From: Silvibacterium sp.
GTDB lineage: Bacteria > Acidobacteriota > Terriglobia > Terriglobales > Acidobacteriaceae
NCBI GenBank assembly: GCA_049588475.1
Contig: JBAVYX010000511.1
Location: 7,890-71,889, forward strand
Direction: 5' to 3'
DNA: 64,000 nt
How positions within the stretch are numbered: the first letter of the stretch is position 1; each line of letters opens with the position of its first letter. The position numbers were made by a program, and so were the translations under genes. This document shows positions 28,237-38,345 of the stretch, piece by piece. A model generated the notes under the pieces. It made no database searches. It saw only the letters and a program-made list of their open reading frames with translations, and was not told the DNA's origin.

Positions 28237-29047
28237 TCGCCGAATCAGCCATGCTAAGAGTGTGTCTTATGCCACAGCATTTTCCGGTCTATTGCTGCGC
28301 GATCTCCGCGTATTGGGCCGCGAGCTTGGTCCTTTCGTGGTTCGCGTAGTTATGCAACCGTTATTGTTTCTTTTTGTATTCACCTACGTTTTTCCTCATA
28401 TCGGTCAATCCGGCGGAGTCGGCGGGCCGAATTTCGCGACTGTGCTTTTGCCAGGACTGATGGCGGTTGCCATCATGTTCAGCGGAATCGCGGCCGTTGC
28501 GCTGCCGCTCTCGCAGGAGTTTGGCATAACTCGGGAGATCGACGATCGCGTTATGTGCCCGCTGCCCGTTCCCGCGGTAGCCATCGAGAAAATCTGCTTC
28601 AGCGCCGCTCAAAGCATCCTGGCAGCGCTGCTTGTTCTGCCCCTGGCCTACTTCATTCCGGCGACGCCCGTGCATGCGCACGTTGCAAGCTGGCCCATGC
28701 TCGTCGTCACGCTTATATTGGCCAGTCTCGTGGCAGGCGCACTCGGTCTCACCATCGGTGCGAATGTGAAGCCCCAGCAGATTGGACTCGTCTTTTCTAT
28801 TGTTGTCGTGCCCATCACGTTTTTGGGATGTGTCTATTATCCCTGGGCAGTCCTCAGCCATATCCGCTGGCTACAAATCGTCGTCCTGCTTAACCCCATC
28901 GTCTACATGAGCGAAGGACTCCGCGCGGCGCTCACGCCTGGAGTTCCACACATGCCCGCGTTGATGATCGTAGCGGCGCTTCTTATTTCACTTGCTCTCC
29001 TGGGTCGCTTCGGGATCAAAGGCTTCCTGCGCCGGGTGATTTCGTGA
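28229..29047 (+). CDS. ABC-2 type transporter permease
   Basis: About six hydrophobic helices. It overlaps the ATPase gene by 8 nt, the arrangement typical of ABC-2 exporters. Confidence 0.8.
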   Translation: MSNRRISHAKSVSYATAFSGLLLRDLRVLGRELGPFVVRVVMQPLLFLFVFTYVFPHIGQSGGVGGPNFATVLLPGLMAVAIMFSGIAAVALPLSQEFGITREIDDRVMCPLPVPAVAIEKICFSAAQSILAALLVLPLAYFIPATPVHAHVASWPMLVVTLILASLVAGALGLTIGANVKPQQIGLVFSIVVVPITFLGCVYYPWAVLSHIRWLQIVVLLNPIVYMSEGLRAALTPGVPHMPALMIVAALLISLALLGRFGIKGFLRRVIS

Positions 29048-29136
29048 GACTGAGTTGTGACAATCCGTTAACTCGGACGACTCTGACGAGGTCTAAGATG
29101 GTGGGGGAGCCTTTTCCGGGCGGTCACCGACACGCT

Positions 29137-31413
29137 ATGCCGAAACGATTCAGCCCGCGCATCGCGCTGGCGCTCACATCCCTGCTGTTGCTCGCCGCCG
29201 GATGCGGCACCGGGCAGCTCACGGGGATGAGTGCAAACGGTGGTGCGTTTTCGATCACACCGTCGTCCGCGATGATCAACTCCAATGGCCAGGTGAAATT
29301 CTCCGCGCTGCTGCCATCGGGCGAGCCCGCTGCCGTGAATTGGTCCATCGCCGACGGAGAAAACGCCTCTTCGCTGGGCGAGGGCCACATCGATGGCGCC
29401 GGCACCTACACACCACCCAATGCTCTTTCGCGCAATAGCGTTCAGATCCATATTCTGGCGCGGCTGGTAAGCGATCCTACCGCGACCGCTGCCGCGGTGA
29501 TCAGCGTCACTCCGGGTTTTGTGCAATCGCTCCTGCCGGAAAATGCGGCTCTCACCGCTGGGGGGACGCTGGAAGTGACAGCGGAGATCGCTGAGGTCAA
29601 TGCCGGCTCGGTCAAGTGGTCCCTGAGCGAATCACCTGCCGGAGCATCTCCTACGGGCAATGACGGCACAAAGAATCTCGGCACGGTCGATCACATCAGT
29701 TGCCAGCACAGTCTGGATCAATTCACGACCTGCAAGGTGAGCTACACCGCGCCATCTTCTCTTTCCGCGGGCAGTACCATCTACCTGGCAGGGGCAGTCA
29801 ATGGAACAACGGCCACTTCCCCACTCAAGATTCTGCTCAATACGAACGGATTGAACAGCAATCCCTCAACGAATCAGGCTGCGCAGAGCGGAATGATCGC
29901 CCTCGGCACGTCCGGTGGGAATGACAACGATTACGACACCTATCAGGACCACGAAGGAACTTCCTATATCGCCGACTGTTGCGGCGGAACGCTGGGCGCG
30001 CTGGTCGAAGACACGGCACGTAATCAATACATCCTCAGCAACAATCACGTGCTGGCTGAGTCTGATCAGGCGAAAATCGGTGACACGATCGACGAGCCCG
30101 GCCTGATCGATAACGGCTGCGTGCCGCTGAGCCGTGCGGGTTCGACTCTGCGGCCGGTTGGTTCTCTTAAGTATTATGTGCCGCTGGCGACCACTCAAAG
30201 CAACGTCGATGCCGCGCTTGCGGCGGTCGTTTCAGGCGCGGTCGATCCCACTGGCAGCATCCTGCAGCTGGATGCGCCAAAACCAAACACCGCCCGCACC
30301 AGCAGTTCGCTAGAAGCGGCTCCCCCCATGGCGGGAACCGGAGAGACCCTGAACTCGAGCAATTTAGGCAGCATCGAGTTAGCAAAGAGCAGCCGAACCA
30401 CCGGACTCACATGCTCTACGGTCGAGACTGTCGACTTGAGCGTCAGGATTGACTACTTCAAGGACTGTGCAGAGACCCAGCCGTATTACAGCAAAACGTT
30501 CACCGGCCAGATCGGCATCGCAGGAGATAATTTCTCCGACAGCGGCGACTCCGGCGCTCTTGTCGTGGATTCCAGTAATGCGCAGCCTGTCGGCTTGTTC
30601 TTTGCCGGCGGAACGGATGGCGATGGCATCGGTCTGAGCGTGGCCAACCCTATTGGCGATGTCCTTCGTGAGTTGGGCGCGCAGGCGGGTAGTCGCCTTA
30701 GCATCGTGGGGACGCCAACTCCACACAAGGTAGCTTGCATTCGATACGACGCTCCGGCAACCGCAGCCCCCGTCCTGGCGGTTCCATCCGAAGCCCTGGC
30801 CCGAGCGCAATTGATTGCGGAGACCACCGGAGCATCGCTTGTGAATCCCGAGACGGGCATCCTGGCAACTTCCGCAGGCAAGAGCCTCGACAGTCCCGGA
30901 GACGCCGCACTCATCGTGTACGTGGACAAGTCTAGGCCGCACGTCAGCGTGCCGCAGACTTTTGATGGGCTGCGCACGCAGTTGATCTCGACCGACGCAG
31001 GGACGCTCGCGCGCGGCCTTGCTCCCACCGCTCCGCTTACGGCAAGCGGCATACATCTTTCCGAGAGTGCGTTCGCGGGCGCTGCCGCGGTTGTGCGTGA
31101 GTTCGCTCCGCATCTCATGGCCGACCTGGCGATCTTCGGTGTCGGCGTGGCTCAGAGCCAGGACAATCCGGCTGAACCGTCTTTGCTGGTGGTGGTCGAT
31201 CTAGACCGCGTCCCTAAGTCCATGCCCTCCACCCTTGGTGGATTGCGCGTGCGTTACATGAGACTGCATCGCTTCCATGTGACGCAATCGAAATACTCCG
31301 GGGCACATCATGCTTCGAGCTGTGCGCTCAAGGGCCTGACTCCGGTCGAAGGAGCTAGATCGGCCTGGAACGCACCCGCAGTTGAAGACAACCCAGACTT
31401 TTCTGTGAATTGA
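29137..31413 (+). CDS. Lipoprotein with Ig-like repeats and a chymotrypsin-fold (S1-like) serine peptidase domain
   Basis: ATG 29137 gives MPKRFSPRIALALTSLLLLAAGC (lipobox). Two Ig-like repeats follow (FSITPSSAMINSNGQVKFSA..., LLPENAALTAGGTLEVTAE...). Candidate triad: His in LSNNHVLAE (30046), Asp in NVDAALA (30208), Ser in GDSGALVV (30550). Confidence 0.6.
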   Translation: MPKRFSPRIALALTSLLLLAAGCGTGQLTGMSANGGAFSITPSSAMINSNGQVKFSALLPSGEPAAVNWSIADGENASSLGEGHIDGAGTYTPPNALSRNSVQIHILARLVSDPTATAAAVISVTPGFVQSLLPENAALTAGGTLEVTAEIAEVNAGSVKWSLSESPAGASPTGNDGTKNLGTVDHISCQHSLDQFTTCKVSYTAPSSLSAGSTIYLAGAVNGTTATSPLKILLNTNGLNSNPSTNQAAQSGMIALGTSGGNDNDYDTYQDHEGTSYIADCCGGTLGALVEDTARNQYILSNNHVLAESDQAKIGDTIDEPGLIDNGCVPLSRAGSTLRPVGSLKYYVPLATTQSNVDAALAAVVSGAVDPTGSILQLDAPKPNTARTSSSLEAAPPMAGTGETLNSSNLGSIELAKSSRTTGLTCSTVETVDLSVRIDYFKDCAETQPYYSKTFTGQIGIAGDNFSDSGDSGALVVDSSNAQPVGLFFAGGTDGDGIGLSVANPIGDVLRELGAQAGSRLSIVGTPTPHKVACIRYDAPATAAPVLAVPSEALARAQLIAETTGASLVNPETGILATSAGKSLDSPGDAALIVYVDKSRPHVSVPQTFDGLRTQLISTDAGTLARGLAPTAPLTASGIHLSESAFAGAAAVVREFAPHLMADLAIFGVGVAQSQDNPAEPSLLVVVDLDRVPKSMPSTLGGLRVRYMRLHRFHVTQSKYSGAHHASSCALKGLTPVEGARSAWNAPAVEDNPDFSVN

Positions 31414-31424
31414 GCTCTGACGAA

Positions 31425-33308
31425 CTAGCCTCTCATCTCGACGCCGTCCAGGGCCCGCTTCTCAGGTACGACCGCATCTTCAAATCCCGATGGGAAGAAG
31501 ACTGTGAAGACCGTGCCGCTTCTCCCGTTTTCCCCGGAAGCACGGCTGCGCACCTGGATTGTTCCATGATGCTTTTCGACGATCTCCGCACTAACCCAGA
31601 GCCCCAACCCTGTTCCGGTCGCCTCTTTCGTCGTGAAGAATGGCTCGAAGATGTGCCGCCGAACCTCCGCCGGCATGCCCGATCCGGTATCCGCCACGGT
31701 AACACGCACCCTGGCTGTCCGCTGTTGCCCGGGCGAATGCGCATAGCGCACGCGCAATAGCAACCGCCCTCCTCCCGACATCATCGCGTCCAGCGCATTT
31801 CCGATGAGGTTGGCGAAGAGCTGCCTCACTTCGCCTGCAAAGCAAAACAGTTTTACATCCTGAGCGTAGCGACGGATCACTTCAATATGTAACGAAACCA
31901 CGCGCCCCTGGTAGAGCATGAGAACCGAGTCCAGGAGCTCGCATACATTGGTTATGGTTGGCAGGGTCGGTTGCCGGTAGAAGCGCAGCATCTGCTGTGT
32001 AATCTCGGAAACCCGGGCCAGCTCATGCTGCGCCAGCTCGGCATAACGCGCTGAATTCGCGTCGAGCGTTCCCATGCCGATGAGGAACAACAAATTCGTA
32101 ACAGCTTCGAGTGGATTGTTGATTTCATGGGCGATCGATGCTGCCAGCCTGCCCGCCGCTGCCAGCTTCTCCGACTTGCGTAAGGCGTTTTCCGCCTGCC
32201 GGCGTTCGGTCGTTTCCACCAGGATTACGCCTACCCATCGCACAGTCTGAGCATCCGTGCGAACGGGATAGACATTTGCCAGCCAGCTCCGCGTGGGGGA
32301 AAACCCGTCCGACGGGTCGCCGCCCAATTCCAGGTCTTGTATTGCTTGCCCTCGTTCGAAGACTTCGCGAACGCCTTCTTCCAGCTTAATTCCAACCGGC
32401 GCCGCAAAAATCTCGCGCACCTCGCGCCCCAGGTGACGGCTTACGGGCAGGCCGTTCATCCTGGCCAGAAACTGGTTCACTCGAACAAAGCGGAGTCGGC
32501 GATCGAAAAACGCGAAGCCAATTGGCGCGTTGGCCAGCATGGAATCCAACAAGGCCAACGTGTCGTTCAAGCCCGCTCGCTGCTCCTGGATCGAGGCGAC
32601 CATCAGATTAAAAGCCATGGTCAGGTCAGCGGCTTCATTCGTAGATGTAACGGCCAGGGGAAACGAGGCTGTGTCTTCAGGATTCTGTATGAGCTGGCGC
32701 GTAGCCCTCATAAGCGCGGCCAGCGGCCGGGCGATGGACTTTGCCATTAGACTCGCAAAAACAGTGCAGGCTAGTATGCCAAAGACGGCCGCGAGCAACG
32801 TATATCCCAGAAATCCGCGCAACTGCGCACGGTCGTTCGAGTCGTCCGGATAGATCCAGACATATCCGCGCGCGACGCCATCAATGCGCACTGGCGCTAC
32901 GGCCTCGGTTGTCTTCTTGTCAATCGAGAATATCTGCGGCTTACTCAGCTCGCGCAGATAGCTCCGTTCCTTTTGGGATAGCGTGATCTTTCCAGTCATG
33001 CCAGGATCGCTGCTCAACAGCGTGCGGCCTTGTGTATCCGTAATCAGGACGGCGCGAATGCTTGGCGCATGGCGCATGGCATCGATCACACGTTGCAGGG
33101 TGTTGAGTTGATTAGCGCTCATCGCCGCACCGGTTTGTGCTGCAAGCACTCCTGCCTGGTATTCGAGGCGCCGGTCCGTGCGCGAGCGCAACTCATTGCC
33201 CTGTTCGCGGACGAGCACCACCGAGAGAACGGCTAGCACGATCACTTCGAACAGAATCAGGCCGCTCATCAATTGGCCACGAATGGTGCGTGGCCTCAAT
33301 ATCGACAT
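31425..33308 (-). CDS. Sensor histidine kinase (TM-HAMP-PAS-HisKA-HATPase)
   Basis: The H-box is AASIAHEINNPL. N, G1 and G2 boxes are present (NLIGNALDAM, DTGSGM, GTGLGLW). The N-terminus has TM segments and a periplasmic-like region. Confidence 0.85.
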   Translation of the reverse strand: MSILRPRTIRGQLMSGLILFEVIVLAVLSVVLVREQGNELRSRTDRRLEYQAGVLAAQTGAAMSANQLNTLQRVIDAMRHAPSIRAVLITDTQGRTLLSSDPGMTGKITLSQKERSYLRELSKPQIFSIDKKTTEAVAPVRIDGVARGYVWIYPDDSNDRAQLRGFLGYTLLAAVFGILACTVFASLMAKSIARPLAALMRATRQLIQNPEDTASFPLAVTSTNEAADLTMAFNLMVASIQEQRAGLNDTLALLDSMLANAPIGFAFFDRRLRFVRVNQFLARMNGLPVSRHLGREVREIFAAPVGIKLEEGVREVFERGQAIQDLELGGDPSDGFSPTRSWLANVYPVRTDAQTVRWVGVILVETTERRQAENALRKSEKLAAAGRLAASIAHEINNPLEAVTNLLFLIGMGTLDANSARYAELAQHELARVSEITQQMLRFYRQPTLPTITNVCELLDSVLMLYQGRVVSLHIEVIRRYAQDVKLFCFAGEVRQLFANLIGNALDAMMSGGGRLLLRVRYAHSPGQQRTARVRVTVADTGSGMPAEVRRHIFEPFFTTKEATGTGLGLWVSAEIVEKHHGTIQVRSRASGENGRSGTVFTVFFPSGFEDAVVPEKRALDGVEMRG

Positions 33309-33368
33309 GGCAAACCGTTTTGGCTACTTGGCACTATGAAGCCTGTTAACAGGCCCCCCAACTCCGTT

Positions 33369-34421
33369 TCAGCGCGCGACAGCACCGAGCGGATTCCGCA
33401 CTGGAAGTTTGCGCTCCAGTTTCCGCTCCAGGTCTGCCGCAATCTGCCGCCCATGGAAGCGGCCATTTTCAATAAAAATCTCATTCGTGCGCGAGCCCGC
33501 CACGATCACTCCGGCAAGGTAAACTCCGGGCACGTTGCTTTCCAGACTCTCAGGATCGCACAGCGGAAGCAGGTCCTTGCCTTCCAGTTGAACACCGAGC
33601 GCGATCAGGAAGTCGAAGTCCGGGTGATACCCGGTCATCGCAAATACGCAGTCATTCGGAATCTCCTTCACACCGTGCGGAGTTTCAATCCTGACTGTGT
33701 CTCTGCCAATCTGCGTCACGCTGCATCCGAAATACGCGGTTATCTCGCCATTCTTGATGCGGTTCTCGATGTCCGGCAGAATCCAGTACTTCACGTGCTT
33801 ATGAATCGCGGGCCCACGATGCACCAGCGTCACGCGAGCGCCATGACGCCAAAGATCGAGCGCCGCGATAGCCGCGGAATTCTTGCCTCCAATTACCACC
33901 ACATCCTGATCGTAGTAAGGATGCGGGTCGTCATAGTAGTGATGTACCTTCGGCAACTCTTCGCCTTGAATATTCAGATAGTTCGGCAAATCGTAGTATC
34001 CCGTCGCCACAATCAATTTGCTGCTCCGGTAAACCTCGTCGCGTCCAAACTTGTCCTTCGTAAGCACGATGAACTCGCCGTCGCGTCCGGTTATTGACTC
34101 AACCAGCCGGAATTGCCGTACGTCGAGTTCGTAATGTTCTGCAACTTTGCGGTAGTACTCCAGCGCCTCGTTGCGGTTTGGCTTTTGATTGGGGCTTGGA
34201 AACGGAATATCGCCGATCTCCAGCAGCTCCGGCGTCGTGAAAAACGTCATGTGCGAGGGATAGTGGAAGATCGAGTTGCACAGGCAGCCCTTATCCACCA
34301 GGACGCTGCGAAATCCGGCGCGCTGTGCCTCGATCGCACAAGCCATGCCTGTTGGACCGGCGCCAATCACCAGAACATCGAAACTGGTCTCTTCCCCTGC
34401 ATAGCTCGCGTTGGCAGTCAC
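33369..34421 (-). CDS. ypdA: YpdA-family FAD/NAD(P)-binding oxidoreductase (putative bacillithiol-disulfide reductase)
   Basis: FDVLVIGAGPTGMACAIEA is a dinucleotide fold. CLCNSIFHYPSHMTFFTTPELLEIGDIPF is typical of the YpdA family, and a second GG motif (VVVIGGKNSA) is present. Confidence 0.7.
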   Translation of the reverse strand: MTANASYAGEETSFDVLVIGAGPTGMACAIEAQRAGFRSVLVDKGCLCNSIFHYPSHMTFFTTPELLEIGDIPFPSPNQKPNRNEALEYYRKVAEHYELDVRQFRLVESITGRDGEFIVLTKDKFGRDEVYRSSKLIVATGYYDLPNYLNIQGEELPKVHHYYDDPHPYYDQDVVVIGGKNSAAIAALDLWRHGARVTLVHRGPAIHKHVKYWILPDIENRIKNGEITAYFGCSVTQIGRDTVRIETPHGVKEIPNDCVFAMTGYHPDFDFLIALGVQLEGKDLLPLCDPESLESNVPGVYLAGVIVAGSRTNEIFIENGRFHGRQIAADLERKLERKLPVRNPLGAVAR

Positions 34422-34538
34422 ATCCTTAGCTTAGACGATCACGTCAAGCCGTGGAACGGTCCCGTGGTCACAGTCGCCGAGGGTGAGGTTCGAAAGCGCT
34501 TCGCGAACGCGATCTTCCAAATCGCCATTCCGCTTTTT

Positions 34539-35375
34539 TTATGCATCGGTGCTGGTCGATAGCCACCAGCCTGGGCCGGAACACCAGCAATCTTTGTGCG
34601 GCACATCGCTGCGACGCAGTTCCTTCACCCGACTCCAACCTCCCCTGCGAAACGCCGCGGTAAGCTTTGCCTCAGTTGCTTCATCGCGAGCACCCACGCA
34701 GGGAACGAATTGAACCTGGCATAGGAATCGAGCCGCAAGGGTTCCCATCTCGCTCTTCGTGACCAGGAGCATGGCGCCAGCTCCCTCCGAGGCCGTAAGT
34801 GGAAATAGAAGACGTCCGTTGGGGCGCACGGCGTCCAGCCATACGGCAAGTGGCGACGTCGCTCCGGCATTGACGTAGAGCACGTCGCACTCTGGAATTG
34901 GCGCCTCGGCGCCGGATCGATGGTTCACTGTAACGTTCGGAAACTCGGAGAGATTGCCGGCAGCGCGTTGTGCCAGCTCCGGATCGATTTCATAAGCAGT
35001 CACCTTGCCGCCTTCGCCTACCAGCTTGGCAAGCAGCGTGGTGTAGTAGCCGGTTCCTGCGCCAACATGGACCACCGTATCCCCCTTTTGCGGAGCCAGA
35101 GCGGCGATGCACAAGGCATGCAAAGACGGTTGCCCATTATTCAGCGCTTCCCTGCCTCCGAGAGAGACGACAACATCCTGATACAGAAAAGCCGGATCAT
35201 CCGAGGGGGTTTTGAGGTAACCGGTGGAGGTGAAGACCCTCCAGGGGGGCTTACCCACAAATTGCTCCCTCGGCGTGGATGCAAAAGCAGCCGCGAGTTC
35301 GCTGTTTGCAGGAACACCAGCGGTGGCTGTTACCAGATTCGCGAAGAATTTTCGATAGGCATCCATGCGGTCCAT
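34539..35375 (-). CDS. Protein-L-isoaspartate O-methyltransferase-family protein (long form)
   Basis: VVHVGAGTGYYTTLLAKLVG is a SAM-binding motif within a PIMT-like context (...REQFV..., ...NGQPSLHA...). A Cys/Trp-containing C-terminal extension follows. Confidence 0.6.
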   Translation of the reverse strand: MDRMDAYRKFFANLVTATAGVPANSELAAAFASTPREQFVGKPPWRVFTSTGYLKTPSDDPAFLYQDVVVSLGGREALNNGQPSLHALCIAALAPQKGDTVVHVGAGTGYYTTLLAKLVGEGGKVTAYEIDPELAQRAAGNLSEFPNVTVNHRSGAEAPIPECDVLYVNAGATSPLAVWLDAVRPNGRLLFPLTASEGAGAMLLVTKSEMGTLAARFLCQVQFVPCVGARDEATEAKLTAAFRRGGWSRVKELRRSDVPHKDCWCSGPGWWLSTSTDA

Positions 35376-35555
35376 GTCTCAACCCCAATGAATGGCTCGC
35401 TTCAGGGTAGCAGGAGTCGCCAGAACGAATGAATAGACTCTCTCGGCCTTGTCATATAGCCCAGGCACGGAATCACAACCCACCCAGACTCGCTATACTC
35501 AAAAGTTGCTCTTCGCGAGCTATCTCGCGGGGCCGCCATCAAGCACAGGAGCCAC

Positions 35556-36995
35556 ATGCGCATGTCTGAAGTTCGCAAGGAAAAAGACTCATTGGGATTT
35601 GTTGAAGTCCCCGCGCGCGCCTACTATGGAGCGCAAACCGCCCGCGCCGTTGAAAACTATCCCATCTCTGGTCTGAGTGCCCATACTCAGCTCATTCGCG
35701 CCCTGGGGATGGTGAAACGCGCCGCCGCCGAGGCGAACCGGGAGCTCAGCCTAATCGACGATCGGCGCGCCAACGCCATTATTCAAGCGGCACAGGAGGT
35801 CATCGACGGCAAGTGGGGCTCTGAGTTCGTTGTCGATGTCTTCCAGGCAGGCGCTGGTGTCAGCTTCCACATGAACACCAACGAGGTGATCGCCAATCGC
35901 GCGAACGAAATCCTGGGAGCAGACCTTGGCGACTACACCCATGTTCATCCGAACGACCACGTCAACTATGGCCAGTCGACCAATGACGTCTTTCCAACCG
36001 GCATGCGCCTCGCCACGCTGCTGAATCTCGAAACCCTCTATCCCGTCCTTGACACACTTGCGAATACCTTGGCCGCGAAAGCCAAGGTATTCGATGGCAT
36101 CATGAAGTCGGGCCGCACTCACATGCAGGATGCCGTCCCGATCCGCCTCGGTCAGGAGTTCGCTGCCTACGGTCTGGCCATCGAGAAGGGCAAAAAGTTT
36201 CTTCAGCTAGCCAGCGATTCTCTCCGCGAACTCGGCCTCGGAGGCAGCGCAGTCGGCACCGGCATCAACACCCACCCCGACTACCGTGTCAAAGCAATTG
36301 CGAATCTCGCCCGCATCTCCGGCCAGCAGCTCGTTCCCGCCAAAGATATGCGCTGGGCAATGCAGTCGAATGCCTGCATGGCCGAGGTGAGCGCCGCTCT
36401 CCGCGGCATTGCACTGGAGGTAATCCGCATCTCGAATGATATCCGTATGCTGTCGTCCGGACCCAACACCGGCTTCGCGGAAATCTATCTGCCCAGCCTG
36501 CAACCAGGCTCGTCCATCATGCCCGGCAAGATCAACCCCGTCATGCCGGAGCTGGCCGCCATGGTCAGCTTTCAGGTCATCGGCAATGACACCGCTGTGG
36601 CCTACGCTGTCCAGGCCGGCCAGCTCGAGCTCAACGTCATGATGCCCACCATGGCCCACAGCGTGCTCCAGAGCATCACCATCCTTGCCAACATGCTGCG
36701 CCAGTTCAACGACCGCTGCATCGCCGGCATCACCGCGAATGCAGAGCGTTGCAACTTCTACGCGCAAAGCACCGTTTCACTCGCCACCGCCCTCAATCCC
36801 TATATCGGATACGCGAAAGCCGCCGAGATCGTGAAGGAATCCGTAGCGACAGGCGAATCCATCATCTCCATCGCACGCAAGAAAAAGCTCCTCAGCGACG
36901 AGCAGATTGCCGAAATCCTCGACCCCGTTCGCATGACCGAGCCGCAATACCCGTTGGAGGCGGCCAAGGAACGGGATGTAAAGGTTAAGGTGTAA
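35556..36995 (+). CDS. aspA: Aspartate ammonia-lyase (class II fumarase/aspartase family)
   Basis: The GSSIMPGKINPVMPE signature (PV.PE as in aspartases, versus PTQCE in FumC) and the N-terminal EVPARAYYGAQTARAVENYPISG (AYYG as in AspA). Confidence 0.75.
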   Translation: MRMSEVRKEKDSLGFVEVPARAYYGAQTARAVENYPISGLSAHTQLIRALGMVKRAAAEANRELSLIDDRRANAIIQAAQEVIDGKWGSEFVVDVFQAGAGVSFHMNTNEVIANRANEILGADLGDYTHVHPNDHVNYGQSTNDVFPTGMRLATLLNLETLYPVLDTLANTLAAKAKVFDGIMKSGRTHMQDAVPIRLGQEFAAYGLAIEKGKKFLQLASDSLRELGLGGSAVGTGINTHPDYRVKAIANLARISGQQLVPAKDMRWAMQSNACMAEVSAALRGIALEVIRISNDIRMLSSGPNTGFAEIYLPSLQPGSSIMPGKINPVMPELAAMVSFQVIGNDTAVAYAVQAGQLELNVMMPTMAHSVLQSITILANMLRQFNDRCIAGITANAERCNFYAQSTVSLATALNPYIGYAKAAEIVKESVATGESIISIARKKKLLSDEQIAEILDPVRMTEPQYPLEAAKERDVKVKV

Positions 36996-37090
36996 ACAAC
37001 ACCTCATAATGGAGAAAGACTCGCGTAAGCGCGGAGGCCCGCTCAATAGGATCTTGAGCTGGCAGTCTGACGTATTTCACAATCTTGGAT

Positions 37091-37326
37091 ATGGACAAGG
37101 GACACGTCATTCAGACTTTGCGTACTCATGAACCGGAGCTTCGCGCAGCCGGCGTCATGCATCTGTCCACTTCGGCTCTGTCGCGCGGGACGAAGCCTTG
37201 GCAAGCTCAGACGTCGATCTGATGGCGGAGTTCGACAACCAGCGGAAGATGACCCTTCTCGACATGGTTGAACTGGAAAGCGGGCTGTCCGATATTCAAG
37301 AATGCAGTCTTTCAGGCGATCGATAA
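37091..37326 (+). pseudogene. Degraded MNT-type nucleotidyltransferase (toxin-antitoxin antitoxin-like) gene remnant
   Basis: MDKGHVIQTLRTHEPELRAAGVMHLS then a -1 shift near 37169-37173, then FGSVARDEALASSDVDLMAEFDNQRKMTLLDMVELESGLSDI. GSxAR...DxD is the minimal nucleotidyltransferase motif. The C-terminus is atypical and no HEPN partner follows. Confidence 0.5.
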
Positions 37327-37419
37327 TCGCCGGCCGAAAATGCACCCTGAAGCCGCAGCACCAAAATAGCCGAAGTACCCATCCTTTTCGTTTCCGCTGT
37401 GGAACGGAAGGATGGGTTC

Positions 37420-38169
37420 CTACCGCGACTGCCGTCCAAAGCGATACACAACCCCCGCGTTGAACCCCAGATTATTCTGGATTTGGCTGCCGTAGTCGGT
37501 CAGCAGATAGTTTGGCGTTATCCGGATTGCAAACCCCGGTCCCAGGTTGTAATCGATCGGCGCGCCGATGCTCAGACCGAACACCGTCCCGTCAGGATAG
37601 AGCCCGATCAGCGTCGGAGGCAACCCGCCCGTACCGGTGCCAAAATTGCCGTGGGCCGCACCAACGAGCGCATTCCCGCTCACGGCCCAGTGCTGCTTCG
37701 TAACAAGCCGCAACTGTGGGCCGAACAGGAACGTGTACTGGCTGATGCTCGGATTAAACACCTGAAACTCGTTGATGTAGGTGAATGCTGTTCCATAGTA
37801 ACCGCGAAAATCCGCCGTTACGCCCAGCTTACCTCTCAGGTAATCGGTAATCCCCACATTCCAGGCAGCCTGGTTAAGGTGCTGCAGATTTTCGCCCGGA
37901 CTGAAGCGCAAATATCCGCCTCCAAAATACAGCTCGTATTTGTGCGAATAGGTATCCTGAATAATTTGTTCCACTCTCAACTTGCGCCGCGCCTTTACAC
38001 GCTCCTGCGCCTGACGCAACACCTCTGTCCGCTGTGCGGGCGCCTGCGGCAGAGTCTGCGGTGTCTGCTGATCTGTTGTACTTTGCGCCCATACCGCCGC
38101 TGGCGCTAAAAGAAGGGCCAAGGCCAAAATTGGATACACGCGGTATCCCCTACGATTTCCAAAATGCAT
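37420..38169 (-). CDS. Outer-membrane beta-barrel protein
   Basis: ATG 38169 gives MHFGNRRGYRVYPILALALLLAPAAVWAQ (signal peptide). Alternating aromatic/Gly-rich strands follow, ending ...GFNAGVVYRFGRQSR. Confidence 0.6.
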   Translation of the reverse strand: MHFGNRRGYRVYPILALALLLAPAAVWAQSTTDQQTPQTLPQAPAQRTEVLRQAQERVKARRKLRVEQIIQDTYSHKYELYFGGGYLRFSPGENLQHLNQAAWNVGITDYLRGKLGVTADFRGYYGTAFTYINEFQVFNPSISQYTFLFGPQLRLVTKQHWAVSGNALVGAAHGNFGTGTGGLPPTLIGLYPDGTVFGLSIGAPIDYNLGPGFAIRITPNYLLTDYGSQIQNNLGFNAGVVYRFGRQSR

Positions 38170-38345
38170 GAATCCTGAAGCCTCCACTACCTGCAGCTTA
38201 TGGGGATGAAAAAGACAAAGAATTTCTCCCGCAATATGTATTAAAGCATCTGCCAGCCTTCTCGCGCCTTGCTTTCCTCTGATTGGGCTGTCAAAGTTCA
38301 CTAAGCGCAGCTTATTTTTCTATTGAATCGAGGCGCATACAACGC

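Noticed and set aside
37043-37345. 100-aa minus-strand ORF from the track
   Set aside because: The plus strand carries a recognisable, though frameshifted, nucleotidyltransferase motif (GSVAR...DVDL). The minus-strand product is Arg/Ser/Cys-rich and not protein-like.
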